From contig OZ287752.1 in NCBI GenBank assembly GCA_965649765.1, positions 25,792,001-25,856,000 on the forward strand: a DNA stretch of 64,000 nt, in the 5' to 3' direction. Source of the stretch: Bispira polyomma. Taxonomy: Eukaryota. Below the pieces are notes generated by a model, which saw only the letters and a list, made by a program, of their open reading frames with translations, had not been told where the DNA came from and did not search any database. Position numbers and translations under genes: made by a program. Each line of letters starts with the position of its first letter. Within the stretch, counting starts at the first letter, position 1. Below, piece by piece: positions 32,290 to 46,112 of the stretch.

Positions 32290-32870
32290 CAGGTCTGTCG
32301 ATTTTTGGAGTGATGTAAAAAGGATTAGGGGTGTGAAGTGTACCTATCCATATAAAGTAGATGGTATTAAAGGACAAGTGCCTAGCTATTAGTAATCTAT
32401 TTGCAGATAAGTACGAGGAATTATATAACTTTGTGTCTTATAATATGAATGATCTAGAAGTGCTTTAAAATTATTTTAAAAATGGTATACATGATAGATG
32501 TGTCTCTTGAAAATGTTCATTTAAGCATGTTTTTACTGTACAGAATGTATTAGATGCAGTTAAAATATTAAAACATCACCAAAGCCATGGTTGACATGCT
32601 CAGTGTTCAGAGTACTTAATAAATGGAAGTCACAAGCTAATGGTACATTTAAGTCTTCTGGTCAACATGATGTTAACGCATGGTAGAAGTCCTGGCGACT
32701 TACTTAATGCTATTAGTATCCCTATACCAAAAGATAAAAGAAAATCACAGAATAACTCTAGTAACTTTAGAAGTATTCCTATTGAGTACTATAATGCCAA
32801 TAATACTAATACCGTAATGATGATGCGAGATGCAAGTAAGACATTCGATCGGGTTAACTACATAAAACAA
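32290..32870 (+). mobile_element. Non-LTR retrotransposon RT fragment (clade uncertain, RTEX/CR1-like)
   Basis: LFADKYEELYN; IPIPKDKRKSQNNSSNFRSI; DASKTFDRVN, with internal deletions. Confidence 0.75.
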
Positions 32871-33879
32871 AATGTACCATGTAGTAGTAATCCATTTATT
32901 AAACTATGTTGATGAAGGGTAGTACATCTAATGTATGCAACAATGTTATTGTCATATGTCAAGAATAAAAGTGTACAAGAGATACAGTATCTTTGCCACC
33001 AAATATATTTAAACGGTTTTTAGATAATAATTGTTCCAAAAATATGCACGACGAAAAGGATTTATCAGCAGTTGAGATCATAAAGATTCAATGTTTATTA
33101 CCAACCATACCAAATATCTGTGTACTGTGTAAAAATGTTTTGTGTTGTTCTTTGGTCTTTTTATTCTTAATAAAATTGGGTTGTATTAATCATGTGTCTT
33201 GAGGACGATATGTATGAATAAATGAAAATATTAAATATACAATGTTTTATATATGCTGAATAAATAGCTGTTGTTGTTAGAATATGAAGGCTTGTTTTTC
33301 ACAATAACAAACACCCACTAATACATCATTAATTGCAACAAAATTCATTAATTACTACTAATTAGCACTAATGGGAAACGAGGCAGAACCAGCAAACACA
33401 ACCTGCTACTGACGGGAAAAGTTCAAAAACAAGCAAAGACATATTCCTCTCTGCCCCCTTTCCCCCAAAACCCCTCACAAACAAGCATTAGTCCCTAACA
33501 ATTTTTGAACATTTCAAAACTTTCATGTTGACAAGATTGATGCTCACATATATCAACGAAGGATATCAAATGTAGACAGTTCTGAAACAAAGTTGAAATG
33601 TCACTGATCATTGCAACAATATATCTGGAGCTTTTGTCATGACTATCTGTGTAAATGGGACTAAGTAAAAGATATATTTTGGTTAAACTCTGCGCATTCG
33701 TTTTTCTGCAAATTTCGCTTTCCCATTTCCGCTATGTGACTTCTTACACATATTTTTGGTTCTATAACTGTTTTATATATACAATATTACACATTCTGCT
33801 TTCTGCGATTGTTTGACTGTATATATTTTTACTTTAATTTTACTTTTGTTACTTTTGTAATTTTTTCCTGATCTTTGAT

Positions 33880-36760
33880 ATGTGGAAGTACTGTCTTGTA
33901 CTGCTGCCTTGTATGGTTCTGGCCGGTGTCAGAATACACACCTGGAGCGCCTGCTCACCTTCTGCTAAACCGTTTCTTGACCCATTTTTACTTGGTCCAT
34001 CTTTCCTCGCCTCCCTAGACAAGGTGAACACCTCAATCCTTTGCTTTCAACTTCATATAACCCGTCACCCTAACCCCCAGGTACACAGTGTGTGGATTCC
34101 CCTGCTGACTGCTCTCTGCTGGGATGTCAGCATTAATCCAGGCCCCCCAGCATCCATGCTTAAGATCAGTGCGTTTAACGCCTGTTCCCTGCAGCACAAG
34201 GCGCCTGCTGCTATTGATCTTTCAAGGCGCTCCAGGCTGCTGCTATTGATTACTGACTGATATAACTCCTCTGGGTTATAAATTTTTTCAGTTTCCTAGG
34301 TTGCAAAAACGCGGAGGAGGAGTAGGTATCTTTGTAAAAAATGTTGTCTCCTATGAAATTTAAAAAAAACAGTCCTATTTGTCTTTGAATCCATCACATG
34401 CAAAATTTCAGATGGCTATCACTCATTCCTGGTTTCCTCTTTTTATCGACCACCCGTCCCATCTCTAGCCACCTATACCCAAGAGTTCTCTGAATTCCTT
34501 GAGACCCTCGACCTTTTCCAATTTTAAGCTGTCATCCTTGTTGATTTCAACATCAAGGTTGATATAAAAAATACTGTATAAGATTTTATTAACCTCTCAA
34601 CACTTTCGGTTTCTCACAGTTCATTTCAAGTTCAACCCACCTCCATAATCATATACTTGATCTGGTAATTGCAAGACCAGATTCAAATCTCATCAGTGAA
34701 TCATGGGTAACTGATGGGATTTCGGATCATCTAGCAACGTTTGCCTATTTAAAGCTACCTGCCTCATAAAGACCTTGTGTCATAAAATACAGAAATATCA
34801 GAAAAATCAATATTAATAGATGCAGAGATGACATTCTTGCATCCAATCTCATAAAATATCCTTGCAAAAACGTGAATACCCTCAGCTTACAATACAATAA
34901 CAGCCTTTCTACTATACTAGATAAACATGCTCCGTGGTTATCTAAAACCCTTCCCACAACAAATCCCCATGAATGGACCAATGCTGCCATCACAGGGGCT
35001 AAAAGACACAAACGCCAACTCGAGCGTCAATGGCATCACACCAAATTTTCTTTTGATAGAAGCCGGTACCTCATTGCTACAAACAATTTTAACAGGCTAA
35101 TATCTAGTGCCAAAAAGGAGCAGTATGACTCTATCATCAGTGACAATAAAGACAATCCCAAAAGGCTATGGGCTTCCATCAATAAAATTTTGCATCGAAC
35201 ATCCGAGAAAGTTTTCCCCATAAACCATTATCTCGTATTTAGCGGATAAATTTAGCTTCGTGACGGTTTCTTAACTATCACTTCTGTCCTCCAACCCTAG
35301 GGTATAAGGTTTCTAACCTGCTACATGTCAGCACACTCTCTGAGCAGGATGTTCTAAAACTCATAAAATCCTCTCCCATTCGATCTATCCCAGCAGTTAA
35401 TCTAAATCAATGCCTTGACATTCTTGTCACATCCATAACCAACATATTTAATCTTTCTCTTCAGGAGGGTATTTTTTCCACCTGTTTCAATACTGCATTT
35501 GTAACTCTCTTGATAAAAAAACAAGGGCTTGATAAGAACCAGCTCAAAAACTACAGACCGGTGTCAAATCTTGACAAAACATCGAAAATCGTCACCGATC
35601 TGCTTAAAGAAAATTCCACTCCACAGAAAGTGCCTTCTTTTCTATCAGCAATGATATCAATCTTGCACTGGACCGCAATGACACAGTGGCCCTCACCCTT
35701 CTGGATCTTTCAGCAGCATTTAACACCATTGATCATGGCCTGCTCTGTGACACTCTCAAGCAGTGGTTTGGAATAAATGGCAGTGTCCTTAAATGGATCA
35801 GATCCTACCTTACTTTTAGAGCACAAATAATTAAATTAGATGATCACCTATCATCCTCGATTAACCTACCATACAGAGTACCCCAGGGATCCGTCCTTGG
35901 GGCCTCTACCTTTTACCCGTTATGCACATCCTCTCAGCACTGTTATCAACAATCGTAATATAAAACACCACATGTATGCCGATGACACTCAAATCTATCT
36001 CTCTCTCTCAACCCTCAAAACACAAATAAAAATATTGACCTACTCGCAGACTGATTGATACTCATATTGCCAACGTCTGTTGTTCCTACTATTACCACAT
36101 ACATGACATAAAAAAAATCCGAAACCACCTGTCAAGGGACACTGCGATAACTATGGCTAATGCCCTTGTGAGCAGCTGTCTCAACTACTGCAACTCTCTT
36201 CTTAATGGAGTTAACAAGTCACAGATTAAAAAGCTCCAGTCCATTCAAAACTACCTATGCAGGGTTATTTTTCGACTGAGTAGTTGTACAAACATCAATC
36301 CTTATCTCAAAAAATGACACTGGTTGCTCATTCACTCTTGTATTTTGTTTAAAATACATATTACCACTTTTAAGGCTGTAGTCGCTCAACAGCACTCCTA
36401 CCTTCTTTCATTTAGTAACCGTAAGAGAGGCAACACACTCTCTTTCTCTTCGGTCAGACCCATCAGGAAGGCGGGATCCAGAGCGTTCTCCTTTGCAGCT
36501 CCTTTGTTATGGAACAGTCTCCCAGTTAACCCTTAGATCAGTTGATACACTCATCGGTTTTAGAAAAAAGCTTAAAACCCATCTTTTTAATCTTGCCTAC
36601 CCACCTTAGCATATCTTGTGCATGCACCCACCTCTTTCCTTACAACTCTGCTATGCCCATAGATTTTACGATTGGATCAATAATTCTGCTGTTGTGCTTT
36701 AGAAGATGCCTAGAATCAATAAAGCACGTTAAAAATTCATAACAATAAATAATAATAATA
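33880..36760 (+). mobile_element. Near full-length but degenerate L2-clade ORF2 (2A-like leader, APE, RT) with 3' tail
   Basis: DVSINPGP, FNACSL, RGGGVG, YRPP, DFN, LDL, SDH; NYRPVSNL, LLDLSAAFNTIDH, VPQGSVLG, YADDTQIY, AFSFAAPLLWNSLP. It ends in aataaagcacgttaaaaat + (aat)n. Confidence 0.92.
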
Positions 36761-37086
36761 AACTTTTAAAAAAAGTATAACTCTCTGATCATTTGATGGA
36801 AATGAAATGTGTCATGATTAATATGTAGAAGTTGTGAGATGAGTTAAAAAAGGCCTTTAGATGTTATCTGTGTGTTTACTGGGCAGTCCAATTGCACCAT
36901 ATTTTTTCCTACTTTGGTTGTGTGGCTGCTGGGCTGATATTAACTACACACACTAAGGTGTTATCAAGCTGTTCTAATTCTACCCACATGTTGCTGTTTT
37001 AAAAGTATTTTTAAAAGTGATGTAAGTGATATTACTACTTAAAGATATTTTCCAAACATTGAACCCCATTTTACTTTCTCTTCCAG

Positions 37087-37476
37087 TGTATGTCACCCTG
37101 ATGTTACTAAAGTTATTGGTAGCTGTAAATGGACAACGACCTGAATTCCTTGGCCAGATAGTGCGCATATTGAATGGAACAAAGTCTGTAGAATTATCCT
37201 GTGGTCAAGTACCTGATGTTGCAGAAGCCATAGAGTGGAAGATTTATAATACCAATAGCAGTGACTTGAAAACTATAGTCAAGATTTATCACACAATCTC
37301 TGGTAGAACTCCCAGTTACAGAAATGGTTATACAGAAGAGAAGTATACTATTAGTGCATCTGTGAATACATCACTGGTGGTAAAAGATATCAACTTAGCA
37401 AACGATGCTTGGTTTCTTTGTGGCTCAACCGGAGGAAGTGTCGAATATCTATACAGTGTCCTGGTATTGGTTAATG
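37087..37476 (+). CDS. Host gene exon: signal-peptide end + Ig V-like domain
   Basis: Acceptor ttttactttctcttccag and donor aatg|gtaagt (phase 1). VELSC..IEWK..SLVVKDINLANDAWFLCG gives the Ig C-W-D-x-x-x-x-C pattern. Confidence 0.8.
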
Positions 37477-37844
37477 GTAAGTAAACTGCTGTTATATTAA
37501 ATAAATTCGTAAATTTTTCTGGCAAATATAAATGTTTTCATAATAATTTTAAGCTATACTAAAAGTGATTACTATATGGTAACTGATTAAAGGCTAGATA
37601 GCATATAAAATAAAGGTTATTCTATAATTTTAATGTTTATATTGTTTGGTTCAAAATCTTTTTATTATTATTTTCTTTGAACTTTTAGTATGTGTGAATT
37701 CCTTCACCAGAGTGGCTACGTAACCCCTGAGTAAGTTTAAAACAGATTTAAGCACAAATGATGAAAATGCCAGTGAACTTTAAATGGTTACAAATGGCTA
37801 TAAAATGGGTGTCACCAAGCAGTTTTCACATAATTTTCACACAT

Positions 37845-38080
37845 CGTGGTTGTTGGTCTGGTCATCAGAACATTCCCGGTTCAATTTCCACTTGGGCGTT
37901 GGGGATTGGCTCAACTATAGGTTGAGCCGCTAGGTTCAGTGGTAGGATGACATCCTTTGGCAAGATGTGAACAAGTTGTTGCCTTCTGATTATGACCTAG
38001 ACAATGTTGTATGACTATCCATTTTGGAGAATGAGCCAGTCAGAAAATGATATATCAAGAAGGCGCTATATAAATATACC
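37845..38080 (+). mobile_element. Degenerate tRNA-derived SINE (CORE-like centre, L2-like 3' tail)
   Basis: B-box-like ggttcaatttcc, tcctttggcaag (CORE-like) and a gcgctatataaat L2-type end. There is an internal hairpin ggctcaac-tatag-gttgagcc. Confidence 0.5.
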
Positions 38081-38859
38081 CTAATAAAAAGATAAGTTTC
38101 ATTATGGATCGAAGGACACAGTTGTATGATTTATTTGAGGAACACATCTGTCAGAAAAGTACAGGAAATCTTGTTGTATATCTATAAAACACGAATGATA
38201 GGTTTTGTGTTCTTTCCATTTCTTAAAATTTTCCGATTGGACTTTCTAACAAACTAACAATACTATTTGGTAGGATTTGAAATTCCACTAGTTGCAAGTT
38301 CAATTGGACTTTCTGCCAACATAAACTTGGTACAAATGCCAACTGGACTTTATACTGGTAGAATTAAAGTGCAAAAATATCAAATTCTACCATGACATCT
38401 ACATCAGAATGCTTACTAGTCCCTAATGTTTGTAAAAACTGCAAAGATATTCATTTAAATCTTTAGGTTTGCAGCTCCAACAGTGGAAAAATCATTGTAT
38501 ATCCCTGTTTCAGAATGCGTTATTACCTATTAAAAGCATAGCTTAAATTTCGAAATATTAAAATTAAACAGTTTTAGTGAAGGAATTACATTATGGAGTG
38601 TAAAATAACATTAGAGAGGAATACAGTCTCTGATGTTGTAACATTGTGATCCAAGATTTTACCATACTTCTAAACCAATCAGAATTGATGACACCAGCTT
38701 GTCTTATTGGGATAATAGATTGAAATAAAATTATGGAATATCAATACAAATACATTTTGCTCTAGACCAAGTACTGTTAGAGCCTAATATGATTTTTTTT
38801 AAATTCTTTAAAAATTTAGATTTAGATTACCAATTTAGATTAAAACAGTACTTACATAG

Positions 38860-39240
38860 TTGGGTTATTTGATAATGCTTCTTGTTACAGATGTAAGGAT
38901 CAAGTTGAAAATTTAATGCATATGTTTATTGAATGTGAGCTGGTTGAAGCTCTTTGGGTTAAATTAGAGAATTATATATTGGAAAAGGTTAATCTTATGA
39001 TAAATTTTACTTGCTTAACTATTATCTTGGGATACAACTTACAATATCAACATAGAATCCCAATAAATACACTTATTATGATAACCAAGAAGTATTTGAT
39101 TCATCTAAATTTAATACTAGACTAAATTATTTTGCTCTTAAATATATATTCTACCAGGTAAACATTGATGAAAATCTTCTTTTAAAAATTGACAACTTGG
39201 AAGAAAAATTTAAAAACATTTGGAAAGGTGGGAACCTATG
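38860..39240 (+). mobile_element. Tx1/L1-type LINE ORF2 C-terminal zinc-knuckle (zf-RVT) remnant
   Basis: CYRCKDQVENLMHMFIECELVEALW...IILG...NTLIMITKKY. Confidence 0.75.
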
Positions 39241-39914
39241 TTTATGAATTATTTAGAAAAATAGCAAAACAAAAGTATTTGTACAAATTTCCATTGAGAT
39301 GTGGCTGGCCAAAAATTAACAACATTCTAGTTATTAAAGTAACCAAATAAAGTAACAAAATTTGTTTGATGCATTTGTAGATTGTTGTATATGTATTATA
39401 TATGTAACTACATATCTATATATGTTATTGCCAATGTAAACATATATGTAAGTTAAGATTTGTATGTACAGAAAATATGTGATAATATGCTATATGAATA
39501 AGTAATTGAAACACTATATCTCAGAAACCACTTAACAGTGAAAGTTGCTTTATTGCACTAATATTTTTTTATGCGGATGAAACTCCAGTTAAAAATCCAT
39601 ATACCTCCATATAGATTTTTAACACTAAACAGATATTTAATTTATAATTATATATTTTTAAAAACAATTTTTATAGAAAAAGAACATTGTAAAAATAAAA
39701 TGATGTTTGATGACAATTGACACATAAACTTTTGTCTTGGTTGGGACCCAATCCTTAATGAAAGCCTTTGAAAAGATGTCTAGATAATTACCTAGATAAT
39801 TACCTAGATCCCTAAATCACTTGGAGTCAGTCTTGTTAATCAAATAGTTTCAGGGTGAAATATAAGTTGAATACTTAAGATCAGCAGCATTGTTACTGTG
39901 CTGTACTTAAATTA

Positions 39915-41125
39915 TTATACATTTTTAACGCGCTTTATTGAAGGCGTTTCTTACCTTATACTCCAACAGGAGCGAAGAGGATAAGTAAGTAATAGTCCAT
40001 GGTCACAGCAAGGTCATAAGAAAAAACGTGGGGGTATACAGGAGGGAACTAAGGTAGGTAAGCAGGGCTAACAAGAAAGGTTTGAAGTTTTTTCTGAAAA
40101 CCGATTAATGTTTCTTGAGATCTGAGGTCACCTGGGAGACTGTTTCATAACAAGGGGGTTGCAATAAAGAAAGCTTTGTATCCTACCTTCCTGGTGGGTT
40201 TAACAGAAGAAACCAATTATGTGACCTCTCTTCAGGTTACTGAAAGAGTGAAGGGAAGCGAAGTAGGACAGCTGTTGTTTGACTATAGCCTTCAATGTGG
40301 TGACATGCATTTCGAACTAAATTCTGTAGTGAATGGGAAGCCAATGTAGTTTATTGAGGTATAGAGTGACATCTGTGCGAGTGCTTAGGCAAAAAATGAC
40401 CCTGTATAGATAGTTTTGAATGGACCTTTCATCTGTGAATGATTTACTACAGACCAAAGGGAGTTGCAGTAGTCAAGATAGCTACTAAAAAGGGGATTTG
40501 CCATAGTTATAGAAGTGTTTAGTGACAATTAGTTTCTGATTATTTAATGTCACAAATATGATAATAGCTGGAGCAACAGATGTTGCCAATATGATTGTCA
40601 AACGAGAAGGCAAAAGTGACAGCAAGGTTTTTGGTATTTTCGGAAAGTAATATATCTTTATCCAGAAGAGAGATGGTGAATAAGGATTTCTATAGATCAC
40701 TGTGTTTCTTATTTCCACTTAGAATTAATTAAGTTCTGTCAGGATTTAATTTCAATTTGGAGTAGTTTATCCGCACCTGGATAGGGGACATACAGTGAGC
40801 AAGTAGATCAATATTTTTATGTGCATTTTGAGGGTTCAGAGAGAGTTAGACTCAAATATCATCGGCATACATTTGGTGTTTAATTTTATGATTGGCCAGT
40901 GCTGAGGGAATGTGTATAGAGGGTAAAAGTAGAGGCCCAAGGACAAACCTGGGGTACGCCATATGGTAGGTTAAAGGAGGATGATAAGTGATCATCTAAT
41001 TTGATTTTTTGTGCTCTAACAGTACGATAAGATCTGATCCAGTCAATGACAATGCCATTAAGTCTGAACCCTTGTTTAAAGGTGTCACAACGTAAGCCAT
41101 GGTCGATGGTATCAAAGGGTGAGGG
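39915..41125 (-). mobile_element. 5'-truncated L2 LINE, same family as 33880-36760
   Basis: FDTIDHGLRCDTFKQGF..WIRSY..AQKIKLDDHLSSSFNLPYGVPQ is closely similar to the 35.7-35.9 kb copy, and it has the same aataaagc.cgttaaaaat 3' end. Confidence 0.9.
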
Positions 41126-41708
41126 CGACGGTTGTATCACATTCTGATGAGTGTATTTAAGAGCTTGAACAGTTAAATTTATCTGCAAGTAATGTGCTGA
41201 GGGCTTTGCCCTCAGCTTCAGTCAAAGCAAGACTCTTTACCCCCTAGTAGTGGGTGGTCTGTATGTGTGCGTTATGGTTATCAGGGCTTCTATTGGGCCT
41301 AATGTGGTAATGTAAATATTGCAAAGTAATATTGGTATACTGGCTAGAATAGTTCAGACATAGAGATCAGAGTCATGTGAGGTTGCATGGCTCCTTGTAT
41401 GGTTGTATTCATGTAGTTCCGGCTAGACAGTCACAAGTCTTGTATGGCTAGCTATATGGTTGAATGTTAGGCTGTCATCAGGTGGTCATCAAAGCATGGT
41501 CAATGCTTCATTGTATTAAAAGTTGGCAGGGGGGAAAGTTGTTTTGACAGAGCTTTCTACTGAAGACCAGGCTGTATATACACTTTCCTTCCCCCAGCTT
41601 TATCATATGATACGCTGAGTTTTACTGTTTTTCGGAGGTGACTTCACCGGTTTTTTTAATGTTTGAGCTTAAGATATTTTGGCATTTGTTAAAAATTAAA
41701 AATGCCAC

Positions 41709-42866
41709 ATGACCAAATGCCACCTGGCTAAGCAAGTTGCACATTGCGACCGATGTAACTTTAAGCACCAGAGACCAGTTAGGGAAGAATGCCCTTTCAC
41801 TGCTGACACAGAAGCTATCTCCAACGCACATGTGTCAGATGATGATTCAGCGTCCTCCCTTCTCCAGCTGGGACAGACAGCACGGGATTCCCCTAGCAAG
41901 GACACTGCCACTACTGAAGAGTGCAGACCTGGGATATCAGCAGCGCCGTCGGAGATGTCAATGATCCTGCACCACTTGCAGCGGCTCGAAAGGCAGATTG
42001 AGGAGGTAAAGAATGACGGGCGTCGTGAGGGTGAGACCATTACACATGCTAACCCAAGCCCCTCAGGGGTCGTCGTTAACCCCCTGGCTCAGAGCGTTTC
42101 ACCCCACAATGTAACACCCCAGAGTAGTGACAACCCCCATGCAGGTGCTGGCATCCACACGGCAGCTGCCAATCGCCCTGTAGCCGCGGCCGGAGTCGAC
42201 CAGGCGATTCTCCCATCCCTGGCCTTTCTGTGCGACAACGCACACCTTCAACGAAGGGTAGATCAACAGCTGCAACTACTGGAGGAAGCAGACAAGCTGG
42301 ACATTTCTGGTAAGAAGATTAAGTCTGGTCTCTATCGTTCAGGGGAGCTCCAGGTGAAATTTGAAGTAAACTGGCTTCATGAGTATGTTTTAAATAGTGA
42401 CAGACAGGCAATTCAGTATGATAATTTAACACCAGTACAATTTAGTCAAGGTTTATTGCAATGTATTTTGGAAGAAGCGGACCCAAAAGTTATGTTGCAA
42501 AATGGGGTACAATTATTCCAAGATTGTCAGGAAACTAATTGGTATACTGCCCGTTCGGCCCACAAAGTTGTTCTCCAACAAGTAGAAAGAGGTAAACTCG
42601 ACGGGAGTAATAAAGGCGATATCAATAACACTAGAGCTCGATTCACGCAGAGAACTATATACCCTAGTAGTACTACAAAAACAGCCACGGCTAAACCTGT
42701 TGGCAACCCCTGTTTGGATTATAACAAAGGCTTTTGCCCCTCTAAATCTGACCACACGGAAAATGGTTCCCTTATGAAACATGGTTGCTCTCATTGTTTT
42801 AAACAAGAAGTGAAGTGTAATAAAAAAGTGGCAATTTGCCAAAAAACTGAGAAAGCCAGTGAATAG
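41709..42866 (+). CDS. Gag-like ORF of element 2 (small C-terminal deletion/frameshift)
   Basis: CDRCNFKHQRPVREEC; LQRRVDQQL; YDNLTPVQF; CLDYNKGFC..H..HGCSHC, all homologous to the element 1 gag. Confidence 0.8.
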   Translation: MTKCHLAKQVAHCDRCNFKHQRPVREECPFTADTEAISNAHVSDDDSASSLLQLGQTARDSPSKDTATTEECRPGISAAPSEMSMILHHLQRLERQIEEVKNDGRREGETITHANPSPSGVVVNPLAQSVSPHNVTPQSSDNPHAGAGIHTAAANRPVAAAGVDQAILPSLAFLCDNAHLQRRVDQQLQLLEEADKLDISGKKIKSGLYRSGELQVKFEVNWLHEYVLNSDRQAIQYDNLTPVQFSQGLLQCILEEADPKVMLQNGVQLFQDCQETNWYTARSAHKVVLQQVERGKLDGSNKGDINNTRARFTQRTIYPSSTTKTATAKPVGNPCLDYNKGFCPSKSDHTENGSLMKHGCSHCFKQEVKCNKKVAICQKTEKASE

Positions 42867-45320
42867 TTCAAGTAGTGAGACTGTATCTAGAGTAGTATGG
42901 AATTCGAGTTATAATCACTGTGACCAACAGAAACGGACTCCTATAAAATCTTATGTTGTAGATACTAATGTACAAGTTATATATCATGTTAGTGGTTTGT
43001 CCAGTAGCAAAATTCATAAACATGATTGTGCTACAAATGGCGCGTTTAGTGTGAAAAACAGTGCATGTAATTCTTTTTCAGCAACAGGCAGCAATACTGG
43101 TGAGTCGTATACACAAAGCCCTGGTAATATTGTCCATTGCTCTCGTGTTAACCTAGACATAGACAACTTGAATCAGAGGACCCAAAATGGAAGTGATGAA
43201 GCACATGACTATGATCATGGCAATATTTTGGCAGATTTAAATGATCCCCTTGTTAAACTAATTAAAACTGCTGCAGACGGCATGAACAGTACTGCTGCTT
43301 GGGGGGGGGGGGGGGGGAAGGGGGCTGACCCTAAATATGGGTTATACAGCACGTGTGTGCAGTGGCATTAGAAATGTTAGTTCTAAAAAATATGATCCTA
43401 ATAAGATGCCTGGTGGAAATCAGTGTGCTGATATTTCTGAAAACTCTGATATAGTGGCTATATATTCTGCTGTCGAGAATAAAAACATTTTTTCAGTTAC
43501 TCAAGGAACAATATGGTGACAGAGTGTTAAGAAACCCATCATTATGCAAGAGTATAATGGTAAAGCATTTGCTGGATCACTGACACAGGAGTTCGGCTTT
43601 ATTAATACTTGTAGTACTGATTATTATCTGGCTGGTACTTATACAGTACTTGAAAGCTCTAGTTTCAATGACTGGGTTATTCAGGCTCATAACATAGTAA
43701 AAGCCAGTGGTTGTCATAATTATCAGAAGGCGAGAGTTAAAGTCCCTTCCAGCTACAACTTCCCTGTGCTTTATAATTTGCTCAAGAACTACAAAGACCC
43801 AAAATTATTTGAATACTTGTTATTCGAGTTCCCCTTGTGTGTAGATTATAATAGTTTCACTTATAATGAAGCTGCTTGTAACCACGCATCTTCACTCAAA
43901 TATCCAGATGACATTCAGATATATATAGACACAGAAATCGCTCACAAAGCTTTAGCAGGACCGTTTTGTAAATAAAAACCCTCTTACCACTTCATGTTTC
44001 CCCCCTTCTTTCCTGACCTAAACCGGGGTCCAGTAGGAGGGTTATAGTCAATTTGTCGCATCCGTACGGCTCATCCGTAAACAGTAATGTGTTGGACGGC
44101 ATATATGACGACCATGAATTTGAACTCAGTTATCCGAACGTTGATGATATTGTGGCTGAAATAGTGTGTATTGGGCCGGAAGCTAAGTTGTTCAAGCTGG
44201 ACATCAGTCGCGCTTTTTGAAACGTAAAGATAGATCCAAGAAACTATGATGTCACTGCCCTTTATTGGGATGACGCTTATTATCTAGACGCCAGTACCGT
44301 GTTCAGCTATAAACACGGATCTGTTCAGATGCAAAGACTAGTCGACCTAATCAGGGACGTTTTAGGTCAGCAGGGCTACGCCATTAAAGGATACGTCAAC
44401 GACGTGATTGGAATAGCGTCACCCAGTACTGCTGACGCAGGGTTTGCTTCCCTAGTCAATTTGATTGATGCTATGGACCTTCCTATTAATTTAAAAAAGC
44501 TTGAACCTCCCAGGGAAACTGTCACGTGTATGGGCATTGTGGTTAAGGCCAGGGAGGGTAAGATCGAAATCTTAACTGAAAAATTAGAAGAGGTAAAAAG
44601 ATGTTGTGCCTCATGGATTGGTCGAACACAGGTGAGTCAACGTGACCTCCCATCTCTTTTGGGTCGCCTTCTTTATATACATAAAGGTGTTGTCTCTGCA
44701 CGTCTTTTCGTTAATAGAATGCTTAGTACCCTTAGGGGCTCCCATAACAGCCGTCTTATTGAGCTTGACAGTGAATTCCATAAGGATATCTGGTGGTTTC
44801 ACACCTTCTTGGAGCACTTTAACGGGGTGGTATTAATACACAAAATGGTAACCCCTGATGTTCAGGTCAAGGTTGATGCTAGCCTTACTGGGGTAGGTGC
44901 CATATGGGAAAACAATGTATATGCAGCCACGGTCCCACTCGAATTAATACAACAATGTACTATTGTTCATCTAGAAATGGCAAACATCTTGGTTACGCTT
45001 AATGTTTGGGGCCATTTATGGCGAGGTAAATATGTCGAAATTCTGTGTGATAATTGGGCAGTGGTCCAGGTCATGTCATATGGCTGTACTAGAGTCAAAA
45101 TATTGATGTCATATGCACGCACTATCTGGTGGATTTTGGCCTGTAATGATATTAAGTTGAAAGTGGTCCATATTATAGGAGTGGATAATGGGGAAGCAGA
45201 TTGCCTCTCGCGTTGGTTTAGTGGGGGTACTAGTAGAATACTTGTGAAGTAATTGTCAAAAGCTCACTGGTGGATGGTCACAAAAGATCACTTCTTACCA
45301 GATTGTTCTATTTAATTCTA
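42859..45320 (+). pseudogene. RT/RNase H of element 2, fragmented
   Basis: NYQKARVKVPS, RRVIVNLS, KLDISRAF*, GYVNDVIG (YIDD mutated), VDASLTG, LEMAN, CDN, ADCLSRW. A poly-G run lies at ~43300-43317. Confidence 0.9.
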
Positions 45321-45333
45321 TTTTTAACCCTAG

Positions 45334-46112
45334 GTCCTTCCATGGCAAACAGACTGCTTAGGCAAGCTGAGTTGAAAATCCCTCTGGCCCATAAACCCCG
45401 CACCAGGGTAGCTTATGCTTCACAATTTAAAACTTATTTGGCTCTAGCTTTATTTTGGGATATACAGGATTTTACTACTCTTTCCGTTGTGTTGATTTTT
45501 ATTGAATTTCTTGCAACTTCGGGGTTGTCCCACCCTAGTATTCAAAATTATATATCTAGTGTTAAGCACTATTTCATATTCTTTGGATTACCTCCGACTG
45601 TTTTCACTCACCTTAAAGTGAAAATGTTCCTCAAATCTATTGCTATTAATTCTCCCTTTATACCCAGAATAAAAGGAGTCATTACTATTAGTATGCTAGA
45701 ACAGTTAATACTTAAATGTGCACCTATTCGAGATGTAATTGTTTATAAGGCATTGTTCTTGGTTTCCTTTTTTGGTCAAAGACCATACAAAGATATGATC
45801 AATTCCAAATTGTTCAATTGCCTCGGTTACTAAATAGGGCAATTTGCCCTACCAAGGCCCTTAAAGACATGTTTAATGCCTGCCCTTCACTTCCATCTCA
45901 CCCCGTGTTTCTGTTACGTTTAAAGTTGGGGCTGCGTCCCCTGTTGGCCTCTAAGGCGCGTCAAGTGTTGGCTGCTTTATGGCTTTCGTTGGGCTACCAG
46001 CTTCCTTCGTATCCATGGTAATTGGAAGAGTGATGCTATATTTGCAAATTTAGAGCAAAACAATTCGGCTAACAAAGTTGCCACTAGTTTCCAACAAATC
46101 CTTTTAAATTAA
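45334..46112 (+). pseudogene. YR of element 2 with two internal deletions removing the catalytic R and HxxR segments
   Basis: AHKPRTRVAY..FIEFL..NYISSVK..FLVSFFG jumps to WSKTIQ..LPRL..ICP, then jumps to HGNWKSDAI. Confidence 0.85.

Noticed and set aside
43300-43317. Poly-G/poly-C runs (also ~11239-11254 and ~52883-52906) as functional G-quadruplexes
   Set aside because: Simple homopolymer expansions of uncertain assembly length, not conserved between related elements.
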